In this document: positions 38,275 to 49,725 of the stretch, in pieces
Layout: each line of letters starts with the position of its first letter
Position numbering within the stretch: the stretch's first letter is position 1
Assembly (NCBI GenBank): GCA_036172245.1
Contig: JAYWIR010000030.1
Coordinates: 1,116,001-1,180,000, forward strand
DNA length: 64,000 bases
Reading direction: 5' to 3'
Source of the DNA: Raillietiella orientalis
Lineage: Eukaryota
Made by a program: the position numbers and the translations under genes
Notes under the pieces: generated by a model
What the model saw: only the letters and a program-made list of their open reading frames with translations
Database searches by the model: none
Told to the model about the DNA's origin: nothing

Positions 38275-39030
38275 GACCGCCGTGGCCGCACGGCCCGCGC
38301 TGGCGGCTGCAGTCTCCGAGCGTGGCACCGAGCGTCGCCGGCTCAAATCCCCCACGTGGAAAGGTCGGCGCCGAAAAATGCGTGTTTCGAGTTCCCCTCA
38401 TGATGACGCTGGTTGGCCGATTCGGGTGCGGTGCACTTCTGGAAGACGGAAACCTCCTAGATGCCACGCTCCCCCTTGCTGACCGGCCTTTGGGGATCCT
38501 TCCAGGAATCATGAAAGTCGGTTCCATTCGGGGTTTCCCTTCGGCTGTGAATACGGAACCGTTGAGTACCATGGAGCTGATTGGTTGATGCCTCTCCAGA
38601 GTGTGAAGAAGCGCACTGCTCCTTTCGGGGTGAGACCTTCAGAGAAAACTGGCATGCAATCCTTCGGGGTTCCCTTCAAAAGAGGAAACAAGGAGCAGTT
38701 GCCTTGCTAATGCCCTCCGGAGAAGAAATTCCAGAAGCGGATCCTTTCCGGGTCCTCTTAGGAGAAGAAATGATGGGGTTGCCTCCACAGACCCCATAGA
38801 TAGAAGCTCACGAAGTTCTTCGGCACTGCTCAGGTATCACCTGAGGGTGAGTGTCACTCTTCAAGATATAGGGAGCCCTTCGGAGAGCATAGGGAAGAGG
38901 TTCCCTTTGAGATTCCCTCCCAGGCCTTCCTGGATTCGCAGGGTGGTCTCCTCCAGGGGTGCCCCTATATCTTGAAGAGTGACACGCACCCACAGGTGAT
39001 AAGTGGACAGTGCTGAAGAGCTTCGTGAGC
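38275..39030 (+). mobile_element. Repeat family B, candidate tRNA-derived SINE (head plus body)
   Basis: Starts GACCGCCGTGGCC (tRNA-like); A-box-like TGGCCGCACGG at 38283-38293 and B-box-like GGCTCAAATCC at 38340-38350. Body is shared with three other copies. Confidence 0.5.
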
Positions 39031-39129
39031 CCCTGGGCGAACGATTCTTCAGCACTTTTCGAACCAAAAACAAAAGAAAGTCATCATCAGTTGAAGCAGA
39101 GGTCAGTCCTAAGGAACTCTTCTACGAAT

Positions 39130-39680
39130 AGTTCGCCACCAGTGGCAACCGCCACCAAGCGCGACTGTTTCGCTTCAGCATGGAGATGAAAGGAAGATTC
39201 AGTTACAGAACGCGGGAGCTTTGGAAACAGCTACCACAACATCAGGCTGCTGAGGCGACCAGAGCCAACATAAAGGAAGAAACTTGGAAGAAACACCAAG
39301 ACGACGACGCCCTCGATGCAGCCTCGAGCCGCTACGGATTTGCGCACGCAAACGTGCAGGAGGTCGAGGAGTGACCTTCCCCCGGACACCCAAGACGACC
39401 TCCTGCTGTTCTATCGTGGAGGGATCTCGAGTGGTTCCGGACTGCAACACTGGACCGGGAACATCCACGACGGGCTTTGCGAGGCATGCAGAGAGAAGAA
39501 ACGCAGCTCCCTGCGTTCACCTGACCGCGCTCCGACTTGATTGGCAGGCGGTGACCCATCTGCAGAGAAGCAGGAAGACGGGATTCCTGGCGGACTTGTT
39601 TCAGGGGAACCGACCCGACTATTCAACCCGATGGTTCGAACCACGCTTGTCCTCTCCATCACAGCAATCGTGATAAGTAG
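39130..39680 (+). mobile_element. Degenerate 3' fragment of a LINE ORF2 (C-terminal Cys/His-motif region)
   Basis: Frameshifted translation LLLFYRGGISSGSGLQHWTGNIHDGLCEACREK/ETQLPAF resembles the C-x2-C..ET..H..C region at the end of LINE ORF2. Confidence 0.35.
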
Positions 39681-42600
39681 GGGAAAGCACCCCGAAGAGG
39701 AACACCTGGTTTAGAAATCTTGAAAGGACTCGTGAAGAAGGAGATAGGGATCAGGAACGTATCGCTACTTCCTGAGGAAGATTGACGACGAGGCGTCCAG
39801 GCAAAAAAAACAATCGCCCTCCCACCCTGAACCCAAACTTCAAAGGATGCACAATTGTGAAAGTGCAAGTGAAACGGAACGCACAATGCAAAAACAGTGC
39901 TGCTGCTAGTTGTGAAAACATTGGAAGGACAGAAAAGGCTTGAAGTTGTTCGTTAGAAGTTGAAAGTTTGTTTTAAGAACCCCCCCTCCCCTCACCGCTT
40001 GTCGGGCTCGGGGACAAAGGAGCTCTTCTTCCCTGCCTCTCTCCCTTAAGACGGCCTTGAGATGCTACATCCTCACGTGCAGAAAGCATCTTCGTTCAGT
40101 CGATGCCGTTGCGTTGCTAGGACACATCCAGTGGTCATCTTGTACTGGAATGTTCCGTGGAAGGGTACGAAGGCCGAGCTTTGCTGCCGAAGCGCCTCCG
40201 ATGGCAACGCGGCAATGCGTGAAGACGTGTCGCACCATCTCATCCATCGTTGAAACACTACCGCTCATCTGTATCGGGAGCGATGATTTCAAGCGACAGA
40301 TGACTTGCAGCCAATTCTCATGAAGGTGGCCATCGAGGCTGACATGATTTCGAAGCCTGAAGCATGAAAGTGGGTGTTCCCAACTCAAAGCTAAGAAGTG
40401 TCTTCGAGACATGAAATCTTCTAATGGAGAATTTAATGGCAACAGATACTCCATCATTAGGAGTATCGTTCTTGGTTGATCAGAAAGAAAGAAATGGGTA
40501 ATAAAAGAAAAACTGCTTCTGTAAAGTTTCTAACGTCGAAAAAAAAAAAAAAATCCAATTTTTGGTTCTTATAGAAGTATGGACTTGGATGCGAAAGTGA
40601 TACGAACTGCACACAAAATTTTTTTTTGAAGGAAAACGCATTTCCTGAAGGCTGCTTCAAAGATCTCCTAGAACATTCGGCAGGACATAGGACAGTTGTT
40701 CTCAAGCAGATTTTTTTTTGTGTGTGTTTTTTTGTGTTTTTTCTTCCCCCTCTCGTATCCACGTTAGAGGTTGGTACCCACGTCAGAGCCACACAAATTG
40801 CGCTTTTCTTTTTCTTTTTTTTTCACAACGGTGAACCCCAACAGTCGCAAATCCTGTCCACACACTACGAACACGATCATCACGATTGAGGCCACAGTCG
40901 ATTTTCAAGAGCGGAACGAAGCCACGAAAGCAGGAACGTGGCACAGGCCATCATCAGAAGACAAGAAGCGGAATCCCTGGAAACTGGGGCCCAACGACCT
41001 GAGGGGTCGCAAATGTCCCCGCCATCGCGTGACCACGAGCAAAGTAGCTGGACGTGAAATCATGGGTGAGCCGGCAGCAGTGAGCAAACCTCTGCGGACG
41101 GGGACCTGGGATCGAATGCGAAGCTGGAAAAATTCCCTATCCCGCTCAGATGCAAAGGCAATTCCGGATCGCAGCTTCCTGCTGTCGGATAACCGCATTG
41201 TGATTTCGAGCTGCTGTAAACGCCGTTTGGAATCCCGGGGTCTTCCTCCGCAATTACTAGCAGAAGGGATCTTGCTGCTCACATCCGCGAAGGTCAACGA
41301 ATACAAAAATCGTTTTTTTTTTTTTTTTTTGGAAAAAAAGGAAAAGAGAAGAAAACAGGAACGAGTTTCCAAGTTTGGAACTTTCCATCGGGGGAACGGA
41401 GCTTAGGAACTCAAAAGGGACGATAAAAGACAAATCACCTACTTCATGCCGGGATGAGCTCAGGAGTAGTCGTTCCCCAACGGGTTGGTAGCATCTCCTA
41501 CGAGCCGCTCTTCCTTTGGGTGTGTGCGACAGATCCCTGGTATGTGCTGACGCACGCGAAACGCGGGCTCCCTTCGTGTCATCCGTTCCACGAGAGCTTC
41601 ACGCTGGTTCCCAGGGAGCTGCTGAGATTCCCACGGAGCAAAAACAATGGCGAAAAGGAAAAGAAAAGGAAGAAAAATGAAAAGCGTGAAGAGAGATGGC
41701 ACGCATTTCTAATTACGCTCCTTTGTTTCTCGGGATCCTTGAATCGTAGTCTTCCGTCTCCGGCTGGATGCGGCCCGACTGGCTCACATCAGCACGCAAC
41801 CAAAGGACCTTTCAGGCAGTAACCGTTCGGGGAATGTGGGAGCAGAAAACTCTCCAGGTTTCGGAAAGAGTGACGGTGGAAGCTCTGCCGCCTGCCCGAT
41901 CGCGGTTTCGCTCGAGGCGTTTACGAAACACGCCCGCCCGCCTTTGGTCACCGATTTCTTCGTGCGTTTCTCGGTCACAGCTGGCGGGTGCGCCACATGG
42001 TCGGTCCGCAATCGCATGGAAGCACCAGGGGCGGCGGCTCGGGATCTTCGGGGACGTCTGCTCGTGGGAGACGGGAATCGGGAACGAGAGTGGCGGAACC
42101 CGAAGCAAGCGCGAGTTGCCTTCCCCGGTGCGGTGAGCAAAATCCTGTGCTTCATCCGTTCCGTTTCTCGCAGCGCCGACTGCGATCTGCTGTGAAGCAC
42201 CTGAGATCTGCTGGTCAGCCTCTGCCACGGCGTTTGGATCCCGGGGCGCAGCACAGGTCGGAAGGCGTAGAACTGGAACTTCCGAATCTTTCAGGAAAGG
42301 CCTAAGGCCTACTAACCTTAAATTCGAATTTTCAAGCAAAACAGCTGAAGAAAAGAATTCAACCTGTTAAAAGCCCGCCTTTATGTTGTTTTCAGAAAGT
42401 CCTTAAAGAGTCCTTAAGGACTACCCGAAATCTTGCCTTCGGGATCCGGAAAATTCGAATGAATTGGGGTCTGAGCTGCTGAAACCCCGCATTCGTGTTG
42501 AACAGCTGAAGCGACACCGCACTCGAAGATGAAAATGTCTCCACAGCGTGTGGTACGGGGGGGGGATGAGAGACCGTGACATACGAGACTCTTTTTCCGT

Positions 42601-43669
42601 CGCGTTATGTGGGAATCCACTGTTGTTGTTGTTCGCCCTGTGTCAGGGTTGCTCGCCTGGAGCGCAGGTTGCGACCAGGCGAGTCTGCTTCGATGTTGCT
42701 TTGTTTCTCTTTCTCGATTCTTCTCGCTCTGAGCTCTCCAAAGCGGAAAAGAGCCCATGGGGAGAAAGAGCGGAAAAGGGCCACTGGTCAGGGTTGTGGA
42801 AACTGTCCCTGCAGCCTCGGAAACTTCAGGTGGATCTGGAGTGGCGAGAGGATCCGACTGTCGTCAAGCTGGAACTGCGCGAAGCGTGCACGGAAGAGTC
42901 TCCAGAGCCGCCTTCTATGGAAGCAGCGCAATAGACGGGAACGGATTCCGGGCAGTGGAGGACGTTCGGAAGGACGGGAACGCGGGGACCCAGGAGAGGA
43001 GCTCGCAGGCGGTCACGGGAGTGGAAGGAGTCGTCTCCGTCGTGGATCCTTAGGGGAATTCGTCCTGGAGAGTTCTCGTGGGCCGGAGCGGAAGGTGGAA
43101 AGCTTTGGCGGAAGAGAAAGAGGCTTCGGGGTCCCAGAGAGGAGCGAAGTCAACCTAGTAACGGTCAGGGAACAGTCCGTTTGTACCGGCAGAATGCGCT
43201 CTCTCTGATGAAGCGGATGCATCCGTGAGAGCCAGTCGCCAGAACTTGACGATGGCACTGTCTGCGCCTGCCGGTGCTGCTCGAGCGGGGAAGCGGACTC
43301 GGCAAGACGAATTCTCTTAGCTCCGCCAATCAGTCTGCAGCGTGATACCCTCTCCTCCCCCGAGATGAGACCGCGTCACCTGTGAATCCTTCCTCGGAAG
43401 ATGAAGGGGGCCAATTCCGTGGTGGTTTTTACCTAGGGCATCTGTTTAAAAAACACACAGAAGTCAGAAGGGAACGATGTCACTCGAATACAAGAGATCC
43501 CAGTCCTTCCAACCCAAAGCCAAAAAAACAAACAAACAGAAATTCATTGTGAATGACCACCGGCACGCAGACCGGCTTCTAAAAAAGTAGGCAACGTAGG
43601 GGACAACAAATAAATCCAAAAAAAGAAGAGAGCTCTTTGGTTTTGTTCCTTTCGTTCTTTCTAGAAGTC

Positions 43670-45230
43670 ACAGTGTATGGTGGCGATCTTACGGATGACC
43701 TCTTACGGAGGCCACTTTGCAGCTGTCCGCATGAAGGCGACTGCCATGCTGGTGGCCACCTTTCGCTGGGAACGTGACTCCAACACATAGTCGGCTGTCA
43801 TCATGGGGCGGATGCAACAGATGGTTTATCTGAGAATCGTCCTGTGGGGCACAGGGAGGTTCTGAGTCCTCATGAAGGACTTGTGTGCTCCTCGTCACGA
43901 CGGAGGTCTCGGCCTCTCAACTCTGGAGCCTTCAGTGGAGGACGCCTGCCCTAGTGGTGAAGATGTGGAACACCAACTGGTGGAGCTTGCACAATTCCTG
44001 GTCAAGCCAGCCACTGGCTACGCGGGACTGTCTTTGTTCCTGGCGTGGAGGCGTAGACGTAACGTGTCCAGCTGCTGACTGGAGCTCCGGCGAGTGGTCA
44101 AACTGACCGGAACCAACAACTGGATCTTCTGCCGGCCTGCGAATGGTAGTGCCTGGCTGCAGTAAGCTGTTCTCACATGGGCCAAGAACAACGAAGCGAG
44201 CTCGGAGATGCGACAGCGACTACTTCACTCCTTCTACAGCGACGGCTCGCTACAGGACGTCATTGTGCAGCCCACCACGTGTGCGTGGGCTCAAAGAATC
44301 TCCCTAGCCGCGGCACTGCCTTCCCTCTGGGAGCACCTGGGCAGTAACCAGCTGGACGAATGGGAGGCCAGTTGCGAAATCAGTCAGAAGACGAGGAAAC
44401 TAGATGGTTGGACCAAAGGCCAGCTCACGAACGCTGTGAGCTCAAGTGTCCCACCAAAGGAATTATTGCGCTGGGGTGAGCTGCTACAGGAAGACCTCGA
44501 GAGGTCCCCAGCGCTGAAGAACAACCGGGTCCTCCCCCTGAAGTGGCAAGAGTCGGCACCTCTGATGTTGCACTGGAGTCTCCCGTGCAACGCCCGCTGA
44601 TCCCACTGGATCCTGGGGGGCTGTGGGCCCCAACTGTTGCCTAAGCCGTGAACGGGAATCCCAGCTCCCTCACCTACTTGTAGACTGTGTTGCCCTCCGG
44701 TCCCAGTGGTTGCGTTACGCAACGGGCCTTGGTGCATCGACGGACAATCCCAGGGATGTGATGAAGCGCCTCTTCGTGCGCCATGTCCTTTCGCCTGCTG
44801 CATCCCTAGCAGTTCTTTGCTACTGCCTAGGCAGAATTTTGGCGGTCTGGAGCTACGCGGACCTAGAGGAGACGGCGTGATAGGGACACCATCTACTTCG
44901 CCCTACGCTTCATGGTGGACGGTAGCAAGATGGTCCCACCTGGAACACACTCGGATGAACTTGCCCGCACCCTGGAAAAGATGCAGAGGACTCCCTCCAG
45001 CTCCCGATGATCCTTTTCCTAACCCTCCCCATTTTTTGCATATATTATTTGTTTTATTTTTCTCTTTGTTTGCCCCCTCCCCCTCCGCTGCCGAGGCGAA
45101 CCTCGCCGGCCTGCGTGCCGGTTACTCGGCAGGTTCCGAGCATTTTCGGACAATGTGGGGCTGATGACCCTACATATGTATGTTCATCTTTTATGATCAA
45201 CGCGTCGGCATTACCAGGTGTTAAAATAAG
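43670..45230 (+). mobile_element. 5'-truncated, decayed L1/Tx1-like non-LTR retrotransposon (copy 1)
   Basis: Post-RT motifs LRMTSYGGHF, IVLWGTGR..MKDLCAPRHDGGLGL, MLHWSLPCNAR, C..ESQLPHLLVDC, then a T/C-rich 3' UTR with a conserved structure. Contains stops and frameshifts. Confidence 0.75.
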
Positions 45231-46884
45231 CAGTTCACCCCACTGAAGGTATCCCTTTGCCCGTAACGAGGAGTGGAGCCGTCTTGCAGCCGTCAAGGAG
45301 TTTCTCGACTCTTGACGTTCTGCAGGACAACCTCCACTTCGCCGGTTGGTTGCTGTCATCGTTTGTCCTGAGGAAAGACAGTGCTGCGGCAAGGTGTTTC
45401 ATGTCCCTTGCCGCAGCACTGTCTGTATGGCAAGGTGGTTCTGTCCGGGACCACTGAGTCCAGAAGGAGATCTTCCAGCTGCTTTCGCAGGAGATTCTGC
45501 AGCAGTTGCAGTTCCTCTGAAAGCATTCCAAAGTTGCAACACAGGACTCCAGTGCCTCCTGCCTCCAGGCGTTCCAGTTTTTGGGGAGAATGGAGATCTA
45601 CGGGTGGGCTACCATAAATGAGGACAGATGCCTCAGGAAGTAGCCAAATCCTACCCTCCTACATGGGTTGCGCGGCAGCAGCGAAAGAATTCCTGCGCTT
45701 CCAGCGCCATCGCCGGAGGATGTGGCATGGCGGAGCACACCATTGACACGTCCGCACTTTGCCACAAAGGGTCAAAAGTCGAAACTGCACCTGCGGTCCG
45801 ATCTCGTGACCCAAACCGGCATTCTGGTGCAGTGCCACCAAGTCTTTCAGTCGGATCCAGGACTCTGTGGAGGGACGCTTCGCTCATCCTCGACCTATCC
45901 GGTTTGGGTCCAGCCTCGAAGCATGCGAAGCGAAGTTAAAGGTGTTCCAGCCGGGGTTTTGAACGGATGGAGCAGGCGAAAGAGGAGAGCGTGTCCGGCA
46001 GGATGAATTCAGCCCCGTGGGTCGGAGCACGCAATGTGGGCCTGGTCGCTCACGATTCCCGGTGCTGGTTCTTGGTTCGTCCCAGCTGGAAGCAGTCCCT
46101 CCTTCTGCGACTCGTGCTCTGTGGACCCTTTCTCATCGAGGAGGCAGTGACGGAGGATGGTCTGGCTAGGCGGCTGCACTTAGGAATGGCCGGGCCCCTG
46201 TACCCTTTGGAAGTGTCTCCGGGAAGCAAACGGGAGGTTCGTTCCGGTGCTGCCACGCAGGGGTGGACCTGCCCGTCTTCGGCTTTCCTTTGAACGAAAC
46301 AAACGCTTGAGGAAGGGAACCGATCGGAACCTAGCGCCGTCTAGCCCAGGGCACCCGTAGGTGCACCTGACGTGGGAGGCTGCACGCCCGCTCCCCCCGC
46401 CCGGACGGGGACTTCGCCCCGGAGGCCTCTTTGCGAGTGCGGAGCTGCTGAGGGAGACCGGAGACGCGGTCGGTTGGCTCCCGTCTCCGCTGTCCAGTCG
46501 GGGATGGGGGTTCCAAGCGGGAATGCATCCCGGAGTGAGCAGGAAGCCAACCCAAGAGGCGCAGCCTGCGAGGCGCTTTGGTTCCTGGCGTGTCCGCGAC
46601 ACGGCGTCTACGGGGCGCTTCCGCTGCGAAGGGAGTCCCTCCCTCCCGGCTGCCGAGGCAGCCCCCGAGTTGTTGCCGAAGAGTCCGGCGGAAGTCTCGC
46701 TTCCGCCGGAGGGAAATCACTTCGTCCTTGAAGCTTTCCTGGTCTCCTCCGCTCTCGAGACTCTCGTCCCCGCGGCCGGAGGAGGAGGAAAGGCGGAAGC
46801 TCCCAGATCCGCCTTCCTTCCGGGCATCTGGAGCTGGCCGTCTAAGCGCCCCAGCTCAGAGACGTCATGCGCTCTGCTTCCCTC

Positions 46885-47010
46885 CTGCCACCGTGGCGTG
46901 CCACTGCAGTCTCCGCGCGTGGCACCGAACGTCGCGGGTTCGAATCCCCACGAGAACGGTGTGTATGTCGTGGGTTTCGAGTTCCTCCTCAAGATGACTC
47001 CGGTTGGCTT
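46885..47010 (+). mobile_element. Repeat family B, tRNA-like head plus start of body
   Basis: CTGCAGTCTCCGCGCGTGGCACCGAACGTCGCGGGTTCGAATCCCC, with a perfect B-box at 46937-46947, matches 38307-38352. Confidence 0.55.
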
Positions 47011-47029
47011 AAGCTTCGAGGTGTGGCAG

Positions 47030-48255
47030 TTGACCAGTTGACACCCGGTCAAGCTGGAGCGTTTATTTATAAAAAATAAACCTACATGTCTGTGGCAGGA
47101 CGATTGATCCTATGACGTTACTCATAACTACGAGAAGAACCTGCCGGGAACTGGCACCCAGGCCAGTGGGGTTCGCCCGGCAGCACAGGGGAAGGGGAGA
47201 CAAACAAAAAGAAAAAAAGAATAAAACAAAAAAAAATACAGTCCAAAAAATTGGAAGGTTGGGGAAGGGATCATTGTGTGCTGGAGGGCGTCCTCTGCAT
47301 CCTTGCCAGGACGCCGACAAGTTCCTGTTTCAAGACTCCCAGATGGGACCAGATGCGTTTCCAAAGGGACCGGAGGGCAGCACAGTCCATTAGGAGGTGC
47401 GGGAGGGATTCCCGTTCCCTTCACCTGCAACAGTTCGGGTCCACTTCTCCCCCGTATCCAGCGATTCCGACGAGAGTTGCACGGGAGGCCCCGGTGCGAC
47501 AACAGAAGCGCCGACCCCCACTACTTAAAGAAGAGGGCACGACTGTTCTAGAACACTGCTCCTCCCCTCTCCCCATGATTTCCATCGAGGGAGTTCCCAG
47601 CGGCTCGCCCCAGAGCACAGGTCCTTTCAAAGGGAGACTTTTGAGGTCGCAACGTCTGTGCAGCTGGTCCGTGGTACAGCCACCCGGTGTTCTCCTGAAC
47701 TTGATCTCACAGGAGACTTCCCATTTTGCCGGAAGGTTGGCTGCCGATGTGCTCCCTCACGGAGGGCAGCATCGCGGCAAGAGAGGTCCTTTCCGTCCCT
47801 TTCCACTTGGTGGGGCGCACGACGATCTCCTGCAGCGAGCGGCTGCTGCAGAAGGAACTCAGCAGTCGCGGGCGCAGCTCCGGGCTCGACTCGTTGATCT
47901 TCGCCCATGTGCGCACCATTGCGCAGCCAGGCACCACACTGCCCAGGGGAAACACCTGGACCACAGGGGACGAAGCCCGTGATGGGCCATGTTACGGCGG
48001 CGGTGCTCGAGGAAAGAGGAGAGTCCTTGGTAGCCGGTAGTTCGTCTGACAAGAGGCGTGCAAGTTCGCGCCAGTTGGCGCTCCAGGTCTTCGCCACGAG
48101 ATCCAAAGTTCTGCACTGGAGCTGCCACTCCAGGCGCTCCGGTGTAAGGTGGCCGAGACCGTCCTCACGATGAGGAGCATAGGAGTCCCTCAAGCGAACC
48201 TGGGACCTCCCAGTGTCCCACAGGGCGATTCCAAGAAGGTCCGTTTCTTCACAAT
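47030..48255 (-). mobile_element. 5'-truncated L1/Tx1-like retrotransposon (copy 2, inverted relative to copy 1)
   Basis: IALWDTGRSQVRLRDSYAPHREDGLG..LQCRTLDLVAKTWSANWRELARLL, SLQEIVVRPTKW and HRGLPCNSR are collinear with copy 1. Same 3' UTR, with AATAAA near 47062-47067. Confidence 0.75.
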
Positions 48256-48489
48256 GCTTGGTGGTGGTGGTGGGGGGGGGGGAGAGGAACAAGCAAAGAA
48301 GCAGGGAGCGAATGGTGGGGGCCGCGAATGTGTTCCACGCCGCGGTCCGTTACGGAAAGCGGAACCCGCCCCTCCTTGGAACGGGTCGAGCGCCTGCACT
48401 GCCTTGTGATGATGACCGGACCAGCCTCTAGCAACGCAGGAGTCCCCCAACGGAGCGCCAAGGTTCTCATCCGCCCGTGGGGATCCGCG

Positions 48490-48925
48490 TTCGCTCGTGG
48501 CACTGTGGGTCTCGGGTGCGAATCCCCGCGTAGAGGATCGACGCCAAGAACGGGGGGCGTGTCGTAAGTCTCGAGTCCTCCTCTTCCTTCCCTTTCGCAG
48601 GACGACTCTGGCTGGCCCATTCGTGTGCGGTGCACCGCTGGAAGCTGGAAAACGGGTGCCCCTGTTCACCGGTTGGGATTGGAAGTCGACCCTACGGGGT
48701 CACTTCGAGGAATCAAGCAGCCCTTCTGGATCTCCATACGGTTGTGAAAAAGGAGCCGTAATATCGCGTACCATGCATGGGTCTGGTTGGGACCCATCCT
48801 CAGAGTGTCAGAAGCGCCCTTCAGGGAAATTGGGAAAAAGCATCCTTTCGGGACTCCCTTCAGAGGAGGAGGAAACAGGAAGCGGATCATTTCCGGGGGG
48901 TTCCTCTGGAGAATAAATTTTAGGA
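48490..48925 (+). mobile_element. Repeat family B copy, apparently resuming at ~49745-49860 after a LINE insertion
   Basis: CGTGGCACTG..GGTGCGAATCCCC head; GACGACTCTGGCTGGCCCATTCGTGTGCGGTGCAC..CTGGAAG matches 38403-38446. CCCTCCGGAGCCTCCTGGAT near 49797 matches 36463 and 38916. Confidence 0.55.
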
Positions 48926-48934
48926 CCCCGAATG

Positions 48935-49725
48935 CCCTTCCACGAGGACTACAGCGCTGGGGCGAGCTGCCCGGCATTCCTAGAGAAGATCTGGAGAGGC
49001 CCCCCAGTGCTCAAGAAGGGCATCTCCCTCCTCATGCAGCGGCAGGGGTAAGCACTTCTGCTGTTGCACTGGAGCTTCCCCTGCAACGCACGCCGACACC
49101 ACTGGACGCTGGGGAGGACGAGCCCGGATGGTCGCAGGTGCGGGGAAAAGCGAATCCCTCCCGCACCTGCTCGTGGACTGCATTGCCCTCCGGCCAATCC
49201 TCGAAAGGTTGCCCGGGAACCTTTCGAGACGACCCTAAGGATCCCGACTGGCACCTCCAGGGACGTTTCACGACTCCTCTTCGTGCGGTACGCCCTGCAG
49301 CCAGCCGCAGTCCCTGCACCGCTTTGCTGCATTCGCGGAATTACAGTGGCTTGGAGCGAGCCTTCCTGGAGAAAGAAACGGGAGAGATGTCATCCAGTCC
49401 TCAAAGAGTCTTTCTGCGGATGGCAGTCAGATGACCCGCCTAGGACCTAGTCAGACGGACCTAGCCGGCATCCTGAAAGGATGCAGACTCCCTCCAACGG
49501 ACAGAGGTCGGAAGAGATCTGAAGATGTTTATTTACTCTTTCTTTTTCCTTTTTGCTTTCTCCCTCCCCCTTCGCTGCCGAGGTGACCCTCGCCGGCCTG
49601 CTCACCAGTGACACGGCAGGTCCATGGACAGACAAACGGAGTGTGGCAGGGCCACGTGCCCCACCACAATATGTGAGGTTGTTTTGAATTTCAAGAAACG
49701 CCCCGGAGTTTCCGGCTGGAAATCG
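48935..49725 (+). mobile_element. 5'-truncated L1/Tx1-like retrotransposon (copy 3)
   Basis: LQRWGEL..EDLERPP, LHWSFPCNARRHHWTLG and HLLVDC region homologous to 44460-45000; 3'-UTR structure at 49575-49619. Confidence 0.7.

Noticed and set aside
34900..43400. Numerous overlapping 100-380 aa ORFs on both strands
   Set aside because: Expected in GC-rich DNA; R/G/P/S-rich translations with no recognisable domains, many lying in repeats.
45088..45132. HDV-like or hammerhead ribozyme
   Set aside because: No P1 partner or nested double pseudoknot and no CUGANGA/GAAA core; it lies at the 3' end of the element.
46885..46960. Intact tRNA gene at GGTTCGAATCCC
   Set aside because: No complete cloverleaf; the sequence continues into a shared repeat body, so it is treated as a SINE-like head.
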